From positions 3,690,001-3,722,000 of the forward strand of contig JALDRA010000001.1 in NCBI GenBank assembly GCA_031316235.1: a stretch of DNA of 32,000 bases. Reading direction: 5' to 3'. A program made the translations under genes and the position numbers. The stretch comes from Candidatus Scalindua sp. Lineage in GTDB: Bacteria > Planctomycetota > Brocadiia > Brocadiales > Scalinduaceae. Positions 1-9,711 of this stretch are shown here, piece after piece. How positions within the stretch are numbered: the first letter of the stretch is position 1; every line of letters begins with the position of its first letter. The notes under the pieces are model-generated. The model was not told the DNA's origin, did no database searches, and worked only from the letters and a program-made list of their open reading frames with translations.

Positions 1-2
1 AA

Positions 3-188
3 AAAGGGGACGTCGTCGTAGATCTTGATGGTGTTCCTATTGAAGATCCGTTTGATCTTGTGTATGAGATGAGAAACAAAACTCCAGGGAAAAATGGGGA
101 GATTGTTATTCTTCGTGACGGAAATGAGATGAGCTTTGATATTATGTATCAAACATTCAAACCGGAAGAGAAGGCACACGCAAAATAG
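3..188 (+). CDS. PDZ-domain protein, C-terminal fragment (probably a HtrA/S2P/Tsp-type protease; 5' end outside window)
   Basis: Frame 3 is open from the window edge to TAG at 186-188. The translation KGDVVVDLDGVPIEDPFDLVYEMRNKTPGKNGEIVILRDGNEMSF has the typical PDZ pattern (GD-h-h-x-h-[DN]-G-x-x-h ... G-x-x-h-x-h-x-h-x-R-x-G). Confidence 0.55.
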   Translation, partial: KGDVVVDLDGVPIEDPFDLVYEMRNKTPGKNGEIVILRDGNEMSFDIMYQTFKPEEKAHAK

Positions 189-250
189 GATACTGTCAGT
201 TTCCTCTTTATGAAGAGCATAGCTACCCAAATTAATGAAGGAGATAGTAT

Positions 251-823
251 ATGGGAAATGATACTAAAGTATTTGGAATGTTTCATCGCATTCTCTTTTT
301 CTGGCTGGCAGGAGCCTTCTTTCTTTCCACAATACTGTTTGGAGATGAGTCTGCGGGTAAAGCTGAAACTGCTGTTGAGAACAAATCAGGTTTTGCTTTG
401 GCAGCAGATGAGGGATTGTTGACTCTTCACGCACAGAATGCATCATTATATGAAATCATTGAGGAGCTGGGCAAATTGATGAAGATTGAAGTGGTTGGTA
501 ATATCCATGAGAAAGAGAAGGTCAGTGCAGACTTTGACAAGGTTTCTTTAAAAGAGGCTTTGGAAAAGCTCAGCATAAACTATGGATATCAGATGGATTC
601 AGATGATGACGGAGACGACAATAACGGTCATTCATCTCTCATAACGAAAATCATTATCCTGCCGAAGGGGAGAGAAAAGGAATTGTCAGAAATCACTTCC
701 AAAGATCAGGATATTCAAGAAAAACAGACAGAGGAGCCGAAACGGCCAGAACCATTTATATTTGAGTTCGATCCCCGTATCTTTATGGAAGAGGAGCAAA
801 ACAGCAATAAAGACAGGCCCTGA
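251..823 (+). CDS. hypothetical membrane-anchored/secreted protein with acidic C-terminal half
   Basis: 190-aa ORF with SD AAGGAGA 7 nt upstream of the ATG at 251. It has an N-terminal hydrophobic helix (FHRILFFWLAGAFFLSTILF) and a D/E-rich tail. No family recognised. Confidence 0.5.
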   Translation: MGNDTKVFGMFHRILFFWLAGAFFLSTILFGDESAGKAETAVENKSGFALAADEGLLTLHAQNASLYEIIEELGKLMKIEVVGNIHEKEKVSADFDKVSLKEALEKLSINYGYQMDSDDDGDDNNGHSSLITKIIILPKGREKELSEITSKDQDIQEKQTEEPKRPEPFIFEFDPRIFMEEEQNSNKDRP

Positions 824-1060
824 TTCACTCATAGTAAAACCATCACACCATAAGAGCTGCTTTTAATGCCGCAATAACGCCGTACCTTCATAGAGCAGCT
901 ACGTGGAGATAAACAGGAGAAGAGAACGGAACTTGCTTTGGAAGGCTATCTGCGGTTGTTTATCGTCCGGGCATAAAACAGGGGGGAAGTAACCGGTGAG
1001 ATGGATAATTGGTACTGAAATAGGAAAATAACGTGTCTATTATCCTGTATCGTCTCTCTA

Positions 1061-2305
1061 TTACGGCACTCCCTCTATCCTTTTTCTTATCATAAAGTAT
1101 TTTTCAATGGATCGTTCGGGGATGATAAATACTCTCTGTCCAGGATTGGCCTTTTGAATCGGTCTCATATCCTGATCTACTATCTCCATCACCGTCTGCC
1201 TAAAATCTTGCTCCATCTGCTTGCCCATTATTTCAATTTCATCACCGATCTCTATCTTGTTTTTTGCCAGGACCTCAGCATATTTCCCTTTTTGGTTATT
1301 TTCAAACAGACCGAGAAATTTATAGGGCTGTGCATAACCATTTCCGGAGTCCACCACCTGACCGTTCCTGCCCGGCTTTCCCAAGAAGAAGCCTGTGCAA
1401 TAATCTCTATGGCTGATTTTCCTCAGCTCTTCCAGCCACTGGGAATGATACTCATAGCCTTCATGATAGTAAAAACTGTCGATTGCTTCACGATAAATTC
1501 TCGTAACGGCAGCGACATAATATTGGCTCTTCATCCTACCTTCAATTTTAAAAGCGCTGATGCCTGCCTGTAGCAACTCGGGAATGTGCTGAATCATACA
1601 CAAATCACGCGAACTCATAACTGACGTAATACCGTTCTCCTCATAAACCTCAAAGTATTCACCTGGCCGTTTCTCTTCAACTATAGCATACTTCCATCGA
1701 CACGACTGAGCACAATCCCCTAAATTTGCACCACGATCCGCCATGTATGAGCTGAGATAACACCTGCCGGAATAAGAGATACACATTGCACCATGAATAA
1801 AGACTTCTGTTTCGCAATCACTATTGGTGTTGATTTGAGATATCTCTTCAAGTGACAGCTCTCTTGCTAAAACAATCCGTTTTACTCCCTGATGGTGCCA
1901 GAAATTGGCGGATTGATAATTAGTACAGTTGGCCTGTGTACTGAGATGAATGGGAACTTCCGGCAAAAGCTCTTTTATCAGAACAATAATTCCAGGATCA
2001 GATACAATCAGGGCATCTACAGGATATTTTGCCAGTGAACGCAAATAGTGCTCTAACTCAGTGAGATGATAATTGTGGGCAAAAATATTCAGAGCAACAT
2101 AAAAATTCTTTCCTCTCTCATGTACATATTCGATTCCTTCCCCAATTTCATCCAGGGTAAAGTTTGCTGAACCGCTTCTGAGATTGAATTCTTTTCCACC
2201 CGCATACACTGCATCAGCACCATAATCGACAGCAATTTTCAATTTGTCGAGATTACCGGCAGGTGCTATAAGTTCAGGTTTTTTTAAATTTCTTGTTATT
2301 TCCAT
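1061..2305 (-). CDS. peptidase U32 family protein
   Basis: 414-aa ORF. The N-terminus ELIAPAGNLDKLKIAVDYGADAVYAGG and the signature EVFIHGAMCISYSGRCYLS (E-x-F-x-x-G-[SA]-h-C-x4-G-x-C-x-h-S) are characteristic of the U32 family. Confidence 0.85.
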   Translation of the reverse strand: MEITRNLKKPELIAPAGNLDKLKIAVDYGADAVYAGGKEFNLRSGSANFTLDEIGEGIEYVHERGKNFYVALNIFAHNYHLTELEHYLRSLAKYPVDALIVSDPGIIVLIKELLPEVPIHLSTQANCTNYQSANFWHHQGVKRIVLARELSLEEISQINTNSDCETEVFIHGAMCISYSGRCYLSSYMADRGANLGDCAQSCRWKYAIVEEKRPGEYFEVYEENGITSVMSSRDLCMIQHIPELLQAGISAFKIEGRMKSQYYVAAVTRIYREAIDSFYYHEGYEYHSQWLEELRKISHRDYCTGFFLGKPGRNGQVVDSGNGYAQPYKFLGLFENNQKGKYAEVLAKNKIEIGDEIEIMGKQMEQDFRQTVMEIVDQDMRPIQKANPGQRVFIIPERSIEKYFMIRKRIEGVP

Positions 2306-2371
2306 TGATATAATCCGTTATATTAAGAGTATCTGTCCGAAAGAGTTGTTTATTTTCGGTTGAATAGCCTC

Positions 2372-3661
2372 TCAGCAGTTTGTAAGTAAGGTTAAAAAAA
2401 GACCAGTTCCCAGAGGGATAGTTAAATTATCAGCTTTAATGGGCAAGGATTCAATTATGCATGACACAAAGGAGGTGACCAATGCTATAGAGAATGGGAA
2501 ATAAAGAGCAGTACAGATGGTTGCGGAGAGAAAAAACGCCAGGCTACCCTCCAGACTTTTTCTCTGATTATAGGGGATTCTGTTTCTTCCGTAGAATCTT
2601 CCTGCCAACGTTGCAATACTGTCAGAGAATGCCACAATCATTATGACTGCATGCGCAGTTGCTTTGGGGAAGAAGATCAGCGAACATATGACACCAGCGG
2701 ATAATGTAACCGGCGATAGAGTAAAACGTCTTTGCTCATTCGTGCGTATACAATATCTTGTAACAGGATTGATTACCGGGAGAGAAATACCATTGAGCCT
2801 TAACCATTCAGAAAAAATGAACAGTAGGGTTATACCTATTAATATATACAATGTTGATGCCTGGTGAATATCTGCAAAAAAAGGAATGAATGCTGTGCAG
2901 ACATGAACACCCTTTCTCCTAAATTCCTGCTTCCATGAATAGGTAAATTCCTTACTTAAACTCTTGCTGAGTTCAACAAAAGACGGACCTTCATCGGTAT
3001 CAATATACGTGAGTACCTTTTTCAAGTCATAACTATCGGTCACATATTTTGTTTTTTTTCGAACTTGATAATTCGAATTATAGCCAATACTGATCTTTGC
3101 ATGGGACATGATATCTAAATTGTTACGATCATCACCAACAGCTATTACGTCATCCCACGTAAACTCCTTCTCCTGTAATAGCTTTTCAACAACTTTTGTC
3201 TTCCCGTCATAAAAGGAAAGTTCTCCGCAAATATCACCAGTAAAAGTACCGTTATTAAACTTGGTATCTATTCCATATCCGCAATCAGCTTCTAATCTTT
3301 CTGCCAGATGTTTCATGAGAAAATCCGGCACACCACTACTTATCAATACTACAGAATGCCCTTTTTCTTTAATAGAATTAATTGTCTCTCTTGCATTATC
3401 AACCAGCTTCATATTGTCGTAAACTTTCCAGAAATCTTCCTTACCGATCCCTTGAAGACTTCCATAGATTGTTTCAAGTAATTTTCTCATGGATAACAAA
3501 TTAATACTGAATAAAAAGCAGAGGAAAAATGCACGCAAATAATGAAAGAAACCTGAATGGTACGAAAGTTGCAATAGATATTGGCTTCTGAAAATTACAC
3601 CATCGGTATCAAATACTATTAATTTTCTCTTAATTTTATTCATACTTTTATCTGCCGTCAC
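2372..3661 (-). CDS. fusion protein: HAD-IB (phosphoserine-phosphatase-like) hydrolase domain + multi-TM CTP-transferase-1 family domain (dolichol/phytol kinase / CdsA-like)
   Basis: 429-aa ORF. HAD motif I is LIVFDTDGV and motif IV is AVGDDRNNLD. The C-terminal ~180 aa are hydrophobic and carry FSDSIATLAGRFYGRNRIPYNQRKSLEGSLAFF, the G-R-x-x-G...K-S-x-E-G-S signature of polyprenol kinase/cytidylyltransferase membrane enzymes. Confidence 0.7.
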   Translation of the reverse strand: MTADKSMNKIKRKLIVFDTDGVIFRSQYLLQLSYHSGFFHYLRAFFLCFLFSINLLSMRKLLETIYGSLQGIGKEDFWKVYDNMKLVDNARETINSIKEKGHSVVLISSGVPDFLMKHLAERLEADCGYGIDTKFNNGTFTGDICGELSFYDGKTKVVEKLLQEKEFTWDDVIAVGDDRNNLDIMSHAKISIGYNSNYQVRKKTKYVTDSYDLKKVLTYIDTDEGPSFVELSKSLSKEFTYSWKQEFRRKGVHVCTAFIPFFADIHQASTLYILIGITLLFIFSEWLRLNGISLPVINPVTRYCIRTNEQRRFTLSPVTLSAGVICSLIFFPKATAHAVIMIVAFSDSIATLAGRFYGRNRIPYNQRKSLEGSLAFFLSATICTALYFPFSIALVTSFVSCIIESLPIKADNLTIPLGTGLFLTLLTNC

Positions 3662-3942
3662 ACTCTTTTCATACGGAAATGTTGTTCCAGCCCGATCGTA
3701 TCACTTGGGATGGACTCGGCTGGAGAGCATGATGCGCGTAACCTGATGCATGAGAATTGTCATTGTAAGCAATTGTAATGCAGGAAGTTAATAGAAACAG
3801 CATCGCTTGATTCGAAACAATTTTAAAAATCAAATAACTATAAATGACCAAAATCATGTTCAGCCATTTTTTCTTCCCCAAACAAAGTTGTTTATAATTT
3901 CGATATTGAGATGTAACTTTAGACAAAAACTTGCTGCGAAGG

Positions 3943-4015
3943 ATCTTGGTTGCAGTCATACTCGCTCAAATTTATCTCGTATTTTATCCGGAAACCATTA
4001 TGAGATGGGTATAGT
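3943..4015. repeat. intergenic repeat family, copy A
   Basis: ATCTTGGT..ATACTCGCTCAAATTTATCTCGTATTTTATCCGGAAACCATTATGAGATGGGTATA. By hand alignment ~50/56 identical to copy B (13072-13143). Confidence 0.65.
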
Positions 4016-4313
4016 ATAATTTTTCCGAGTAGCCGGAATCGTAACTTATACCATACTGAAAGGTTTCTTTTCAATATAATTTGAAAATGGATACCCGTTT
4101 TGGCTTGGCATTCATGTACTTATCCGTTGACATTATTTAAATAAATTGATACTATCAAAGTCTATGTCACCCGCATAGTTCTGAGACTTTATCCTTCTGG
4201 TATTACACCCGTTTTTCAAAAGTTTCCAAGAGAAAATAAGCAGACTTTGCTTGGTTTTTATGCCTAATTTCATAATTTTCAGTTCTAAATGACACAAAAA
4301 TTTTTCTAAGGGG

Positions 4314-4928
4314 ATGGGTATGATTAAATTAGAAGGATCGACTTTCAGACTTTTGCTGTTTATCTTACCTCTGTTATACGGTTGCAGTACACCAGTGACA
4401 AAGCTTCCAGTACAAAGCAAATATGTTGCGCCTGTATCACCTAAACCGGAAATTCTTATCCCAAATGCCATTCAAAGCGAGTTGGAAAGATTTAAACCCA
4501 GGCACTGGAAATACATTGTAATCCATCACAGTGCGTCTGATGCGGGGAATGCCTCTTCAATCGGGAAATATCACCGGGAGGTCAATGGGTGGGAGAATGG
4601 CTTAGGCTACCATTTCTTAATTGGAAATGGAAATGGCGCAGGTGATGGTCAAATAGAAGTTGGCAATAGATGGAACAGCCAGATAGATGGTGCACATGCT
4701 GGAAATGGAGAGTACAATAAATATGGCATCGGTATCTGCCTGGTGGGGAACTTTGAGGATAGATATCCTACAGATCCACAAATTACATCCCTTGTTTACC
4801 TGGTAAATTATCTCCAGAAATGTTGTAATATATCAAAAGAAAATATTGTCATGCATTGTAACGTACGGCAAACCGTATGCCCTGGTAACCATTTTCCGTA
4901 TTATAAGGTTCTGGCCAATCTGAGGTAA
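4314..4928 (+). CDS. N-acetylmuramoyl-L-alanine amidase (amidase_2 / AmpD-PGRP type) lipoprotein
   Basis: Lipobox LLYGCS follows a signal peptide. Motifs present: IVIHHSASD, GYHFLIGNG, GAHAGN..YNKYGIGICLVGNF, CPGNHFP. SD AAGGGG favours the second ATG at 4320 as the true start. Confidence 0.85.
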   Translation: MGMIKLEGSTFRLLLFILPLLYGCSTPVTKLPVQSKYVAPVSPKPEILIPNAIQSELERFKPRHWKYIVIHHSASDAGNASSIGKYHREVNGWENGLGYHFLIGNGNGAGDGQIEVGNRWNSQIDGAHAGNGEYNKYGIGICLVGNFEDRYPTDPQITSLVYLVNYLQKCCNISKENIVMHCNVRQTVCPGNHFPYYKVLANLR

Positions 4929-4963
4929 TTTTTTGAAGGCTATGTCTTCAACAAGTTGCAATA

Positions 4964-5650
4964 ATGCTACCCATACGAGATAAAAATCCATCAAACACCT
5001 TTCCATTCGTAACGATTGTAATTATTGTTGTAAATGTATTTATGTTTCTTGTGGAAATCTCTTTGGAAACAGAACTGGATGGTTTTCTCATGAATTATGG
5101 TGTTGTTCCGCGTAAGATTATGCATCATATTCAGGTAGGTGATTCAACCAATTTTACCTCTGTTTTCCCCTTTTTTTCATCAATGTTTCTGCACGGTGGG
5201 GTGTTTCATCTTGTTGGTAATATGTGGTATTTGTGGATTTTTGGTGACAATATTGAAGATGAATTGGGGCATTTTAAATACCTCTGCTTTTATGTCTTTT
5301 GCGGGATGACTGCATCTCTTGTTCATGTCTTTTTTAATAGTAATTCAGGTACTCCATGCATTGGTGCCAGCGGTGCAATAGCTGGTGTCCTGGGTGCCTA
5401 TACAATTAGATTTCCTTATGCAAGGGTTGTAACAATTATTCCTATCGTGTTTATATGGCCAATCATAGAATTGCCCGCTATGGTTGTTCTGGGATTCTGG
5501 TTTGTTATACAATTTTTTAATGGAGCGGCATCGATTACTGCCTCAGTTTCTGGCGGTGGTGTTGCCTGGTGGGCTCACATTGGAGGTTTTATTTCGGGAA
5601 TATCCACATTTTATGTCCTGCGAAAAGTTTTTGGTGAGAACCAGAGATAA
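4964..5650 (+). CDS. rhomboid family intramembrane serine protease
   Basis: 228-aa polytopic ORF with catalytic GASGAIAGVLGAY (GxSG) and AHIGGFISG (His) motifs, plus HGG..HL..NM in TM2. Confidence 0.85.
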   Translation: MLPIRDKNPSNTFPFVTIVIIVVNVFMFLVEISLETELDGFLMNYGVVPRKIMHHIQVGDSTNFTSVFPFFSSMFLHGGVFHLVGNMWYLWIFGDNIEDELGHFKYLCFYVFCGMTASLVHVFFNSNSGTPCIGASGAIAGVLGAYTIRFPYARVVTIIPIVFIWPIIELPAMVVLGFWFVIQFFNGAASITASVSGGGVAWWAHIGGFISGISTFYVLRKVFGENQR

Positions 5651-5795
5651 TTGAGAGCCTGCTGAGATAAGAGAACCAGATATTTACCGTTAAAATCTGT
5701 AAAATGATGAGCCAGGGCAGAACGTTTCATGTCAACCAGCAATGTTGAGCGGTATTTTTGCCGAACACGTCATGGGATCTGAGAGGCGTTTATTC

Positions 5796-6929
5796 TCATA
5801 CTGTTTCTTCTTGCTTCGTTATAGTCATAATACCCATACCTTCTCTCCACAGTAACATGAAACCTATCAGGGTGACCGGGATAATGGATGTTGCCCATAA
5901 GAGTATTGCATAACTCTGTGCTGAAGACATGCCAATGTCGAACAGAGAGAGAGTTTTTTGTGTGGCAATGTGAAAAACTCCTATATAACCCGGAGCCTGT
6001 GGCAGTGCTACAGCCAGTGACAGGCATACCATAACGAAACAGGCCCCCACAAAAGATAGATTAAGATTAAAGGAATAAGCTAAAATATATATTCCTGCAG
6101 CATTGAGTATCCATATAACGAAGGAAAGTATCCCTGCAGAAAATAGATCTTTTTTGTTGTCAAATATCTGTAATCCTGAGACAAAAGAGTCAATTAGCCC
6201 AATTAGGCTATCTTTCAGACGGTGAGGCAGGAAGAAGATCAACGTTTTAGCAACTGCAGATGCGTGTCGGGGATATGTTGATAAGAGAAAAAGAAAGAGA
6301 ACGGAAACACCTCCGAAGCAAGTGAAGAGCTTCGACCATTTCTTTAATTGCTTGATTGTGGAGATATTAATTTCGTCCTTGTCTGTTGTCTTCAGGGCGT
6401 CTGGATCATTATCTTTCGTTTCTTCGTCTATTATTTCTTGGTGTGCAGCGGAATTTGCATAGTCAGCAATCCCTGTTTGATCTTTCTGTGTGATATTTGC
6501 TGGAAGAAGGAATAACGTTACGGTGGCTAACACTATTAAACTCAGAATATCGAATACTCTTTCTATTATTACAGTAGCAGCAGCAGTAGATAATCTGACA
6601 TTCTCTCTCTTTGCTATCATGACTGGCCTTATTATTTCACCAACCCTTGCTGGCAATACATTGTTTGCCATGAAACCAATGATCGTTACAGAAAACAGAT
6701 TAAGGATAGAGACTTTTTTTACTGGTGCCAATAACCATGCCCATCTGATGGCCCTTATATAATAGCTGACGAAAATAATGAAGATTGTTGGGAGAACATA
6801 GATATATTTTGCTTCTGAAAAGGCCCTGTGTAAACTTGCCCATTCAACCTTTCTGATAAAAAGCCACGAGCAAACCGCGCTTACAAGAATTCCGAACAGA
6901 AAGACTATCTTTTTTTTATCCAGTTTCAA
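5796..6929 (-). CDS. UPF0104 / lysylphosphatidylglycerol-synthase-TM-region-like (flippase-like) membrane protein
   Basis: 377-aa polytopic ORF. The N-terminus (KKKIVFLFGILVS...YYIRAIRWAWLL) and overall layout resemble the LPG_synthase_TM/UPF0104 family. It has a hydrophilic acidic insertion in the middle. Confidence 0.65.
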   Translation of the reverse strand: MKLDKKKIVFLFGILVSAVCSWLFIRKVEWASLHRAFSEAKYIYVLPTIFIIFVSYYIRAIRWAWLLAPVKKVSILNLFSVTIIGFMANNVLPARVGEIIRPVMIAKRENVRLSTAAATVIIERVFDILSLIVLATVTLFLLPANITQKDQTGIADYANSAAHQEIIDEETKDNDPDALKTTDKDEINISTIKQLKKWSKLFTCFGGVSVLFLFLLSTYPRHASAVAKTLIFFLPHRLKDSLIGLIDSFVSGLQIFDNKKDLFSAGILSFVIWILNAAGIYILAYSFNLNLSFVGACFVMVCLSLAVALPQAPGYIGVFHIATQKTLSLFDIGMSSAQSYAILLWATSIIPVTLIGFMLLWREGMGIMTITKQEETV

Positions 6930-7017
6930 AACAGTTTTACCTCTTTATGTGGACATTTCAGGCCCCATAAAGTTATGTGATTACACAGCAAAGGCAAAAG
7001 CGCATCAGATTGAAGAT

Positions 7018-9618
7018 CTAAGAGGTCGTAAGGGCTCTGGTTTTGAATACAACAGCATCTCCTTCAGTGTCTGCTGTTATTTCATCACCGTCGGTAAATT
7101 TTCCCTGAAGAATCTGTAATGATAGAGGATTTTCAATCAGCCTTTGTATTGTTCTCTTTAATGGTCTTGCGCCATAGGTAATATCATATCCTTCTTGAAC
7201 CAGTTTCATCTTTGCTGATTCTGTTACCGACAAGGTTAAATTATGCTCCAGGAGTCTCTTCTTCAGTTCTTTCAGTTGTATTTCCACTACCTTGGCCAAG
7301 TGTTCCCTTGTTAAGCTGTTAAATATCATTATTTCGTCAATCCGATTTAAGAATTCTGGTCTAAATAGCTCCTTTAACGCCACAGTAACTCTCTTTTTCA
7401 GCTCTTCATCCTGCTCATTTCCGGCATATTCCTGAATTATTTGACTCGCTATATTTGATGTCATTACAATGATAGTATTCTTAAAATCTACTGTCCTTCC
7501 ATGCCCGTCCGTTAATCTCCCATCATCAAAAACCTGTAACAAAATGTTGAATACGTCCCGGTGTGCTTTTTCAATTTCGTCAAACAGGATTACCGAATAT
7601 GGTCTCCGTCTAATGGCCTCGGTCAATCTTCCGCCCTCCTCGTATCCTACATAACCCGGAGGAGCGCCGATAAGCCTTGCCACGGAATGTTGCTCCATAA
7701 ATTCTGACATGTCGATCCTGACCATTGCATTTTCGTCATCAAAAAGAAAAGAAGCCAGTGCCTTGCACAATTCTGTTTTTCCCACACCGGTAGGACCGAG
7801 AAATAAGAAAGTTCCAATAGGGCGTCGGGGATCTTGAAGACCTGCACGGGCTCTTCTCACCGAATTAGAAACGGCCACTATTGGCTCATCCTGTCCTATC
7901 ACTCTCTCCCTCAGGCGATTTTCCATTTTAACAAGTTTTTCTTTTTCCCCTTCAAGCATTCTAGATACAGGTATACCCGTCCACTTGGAGACAACATCTG
8001 CAATATCGTCTGAGTCCACCTCTTCTTTGAGCAAACAGCGATCTTTCTGTATACCTAGCAACTCATCGTGTTTTTGTTTCAGTTTTTGCTCATAATTTCT
8101 CAACACGCTGTAGCGAATTTCAGCGACCTTTTCAAGTTCACCATTTCTTTCAGCTTTTTGCTCATCAATACGCGCCTGGTCGATGTTTGTATTCAAGGTC
8201 TGTATTTCCTTGATAATCTTCTTCTCATTTTCCCACTGTACCCTTAATGCCCGGCACTCTTCGTGAAGCTCTGACAGGTGACGTTCCTGCTTTTCCATCC
8301 TTTTTTTAGACTCTGCATCCTTCTCCTTTTTCAAGGCCTCTCTTTCTATTTCCAACTGGGTAATCTTTCGTTCAATCTCATCAAGTTCTGTTGGCATACT
8401 GTCAATTTCCATTCTGAGCCTTGATGCTGCTTCGTCTATCAGGTCAATGGCTTTATCAGGAAGGAATCTGTCGGCGATATATCTCTCTGAAAGTGTTGCT
8501 GCGGCGACTAACGCAGAGTCCTTAATTCTGACACCGTGATGAATATCATAGCGCTCCTTTAATCCTCGAAGGATTGCTATGGTGTCTTCCACCGATGGTT
8601 CGCCCACAAACACAGGCTGAAATCTCCTTTCCAGAGCTGCATCCTTCTCGATGTACTTTCTGTACTCATCCAATGTGGTGGCTCCAATGCATCGAAGTTC
8701 GCCACGTGCCAGGGCGGGTTTCAGGAGATTTGATGCGTCTACCGCACCTTCTGCAGCACCTGCTCCGACAACGGTATGGAGCTCGTCAATAAAGAGGATC
8801 ATCTGCCCTTCAGCAGCATCGATATCCTTTAATACTGCCTTTAACCTGTCCTCAAACTCTCCCCTGAATTTTGCACCTGCTATTAAAGCTCCCATATCTA
8901 AAGAGCGCAGTCCTTTATTTTTTAGTCCTTCAGGTACATCACCATTGACGATACGCAGTGCCAGACCCTCTGCAATGGCAGTCTTTCCCACTCCCGGCTC
9001 TCCAATTAAAACGGGATTGTTTTTTGTCCTGCGGGATAATACCTGAATAACACGCCTTATCTCCTCATCCCTGCCAATAACAGGATCTAATTTTCCTTTT
9101 CTTGCCAGATCGACAAGATCTTTGCTGTAGCGTTCCAGTGCCTGATACTTTTCCTCTGGATTCTGGTCCGTAATCCTCTGGCTCCCCCTTATTTCCTTAA
9201 GAGCTGTAAAAATATCATTTTTGGTAATTCCGGATTCATTTAATATCCTCCCTGCAGCACTCTGTTTTCTGTCTGCCAAGGCAATAAAAAGGTGTTCCAC
9301 GCTGACATACTCATCTTTCAATCTATTTGCTTCAATGAGTGCATTATTAAAAATTTCATTTAACTCGTTACCGATAAATTGGCCCTGGGATCCACTTACT
9401 TGTGGTAGCGAATTGATTGCCTTCTCTGTTTTTGTGAATATTTCTTCTTCATTTGCACCCAACTTTTTTATGATAGGGATTACCACCCCTTGTCGTTGCT
9501 TGAGCAGGGAAAATAATAGATGTAATGGATCCAGCTGCTGGTGGTTCTTGGAGGCAGCGAACTGCTGGGCTTCCTGTATTGCATCCTGTGATTTTATCGT
9601 AAATTTATCATATCTCAT
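7018..9618 (-). CDS. clpB: ATP-dependent chaperone/disaggregase ClpB
   Basis: 866 aa. It has a Clp N-domain, two AAA+ modules ([15 protein letters not shown]; [15 protein letters not shown]), a long coiled-coil M-domain between them, and sensor/RP motifs. Confidence 0.97.
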   Translation of the reverse strand: MRYDKFTIKSQDAIQEAQQFAASKNHQQLDPLHLLFSLLKQRQGVVIPIIKKLGANEEEIFTKTEKAINSLPQVSGSQGQFIGNELNEIFNNALIEANRLKDEYVSVEHLFIALADRKQSAAGRILNESGITKNDIFTALKEIRGSQRITDQNPEEKYQALERYSKDLVDLARKGKLDPVIGRDEEIRRVIQVLSRRTKNNPVLIGEPGVGKTAIAEGLALRIVNGDVPEGLKNKGLRSLDMGALIAGAKFRGEFEDRLKAVLKDIDAAEGQMILFIDELHTVVGAGAAEGAVDASNLLKPALARGELRCIGATTLDEYRKYIEKDAALERRFQPVFVGEPSVEDTIAILRGLKERYDIHHGVRIKDSALVAAATLSERYIADRFLPDKAIDLIDEAASRLRMEIDSMPTELDEIERKITQLEIEREALKKEKDAESKKRMEKQERHLSELHEECRALRVQWENEKKIIKEIQTLNTNIDQARIDEQKAERNGELEKVAEIRYSVLRNYEQKLKQKHDELLGIQKDRCLLKEEVDSDDIADVVSKWTGIPVSRMLEGEKEKLVKMENRLRERVIGQDEPIVAVSNSVRRARAGLQDPRRPIGTFLFLGPTGVGKTELCKALASFLFDDENAMVRIDMSEFMEQHSVARLIGAPPGYVGYEEGGRLTEAIRRRPYSVILFDEIEKAHRDVFNILLQVFDDGRLTDGHGRTVDFKNTIIVMTSNIASQIIQEYAGNEQDEELKKRVTVALKELFRPEFLNRIDEIMIFNSLTREHLAKVVEIQLKELKKRLLEHNLTLSVTESAKMKLVQEGYDITYGARPLKRTIQRLIENPLSLQILQGKFTDGDEITADTEGDAVVFKTRALTTS

Positions 9619-9635
9619 GCTTGTATTTCTTCCTT

Positions 9636-9673
9636 AAAAAAAACAAGCCGGGATGTGCCCGGCTTGTTTTTTT
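9636..9673. terminator. bidirectional rho-independent terminator between dnaK and clpB
   Basis: Perfect 10-bp stem ACAAGCCGGG (9643-9652) / CCCGGCTTGT (9658-9667) with a 5-nt loop. It is flanked by an A8 run upstream and a T7 run downstream, so each strand reads hairpin + U-tract. Confidence 0.75.
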
Positions 9674-9711
9674 CTGTCTGTAATTACAAAAACGGAATTT
9701 TTCCGAACGTT

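Noticed and set aside
824-1060. Inverted repeats in the convergent gap after the 190-aa gene and the U32 gene (AGCTGCT/AGCAGCT with a 36-nt loop; GATAAACA/TGTTTATC with a 41-nt loop)
   Set aside because: The loops are long and no U-tracts are adjacent. They cannot be supported as terminators or as a known RNA.
3669-4471. ORFs 3669..3959 (-), 3807..4019 (+) and 4133..4471 (-) in the divergent intergenic region and amidase 5' end
   Set aside because: They have no SD and low-complexity translations. They overlap repeat copy A or the amidase gene. They are considered non-coding.
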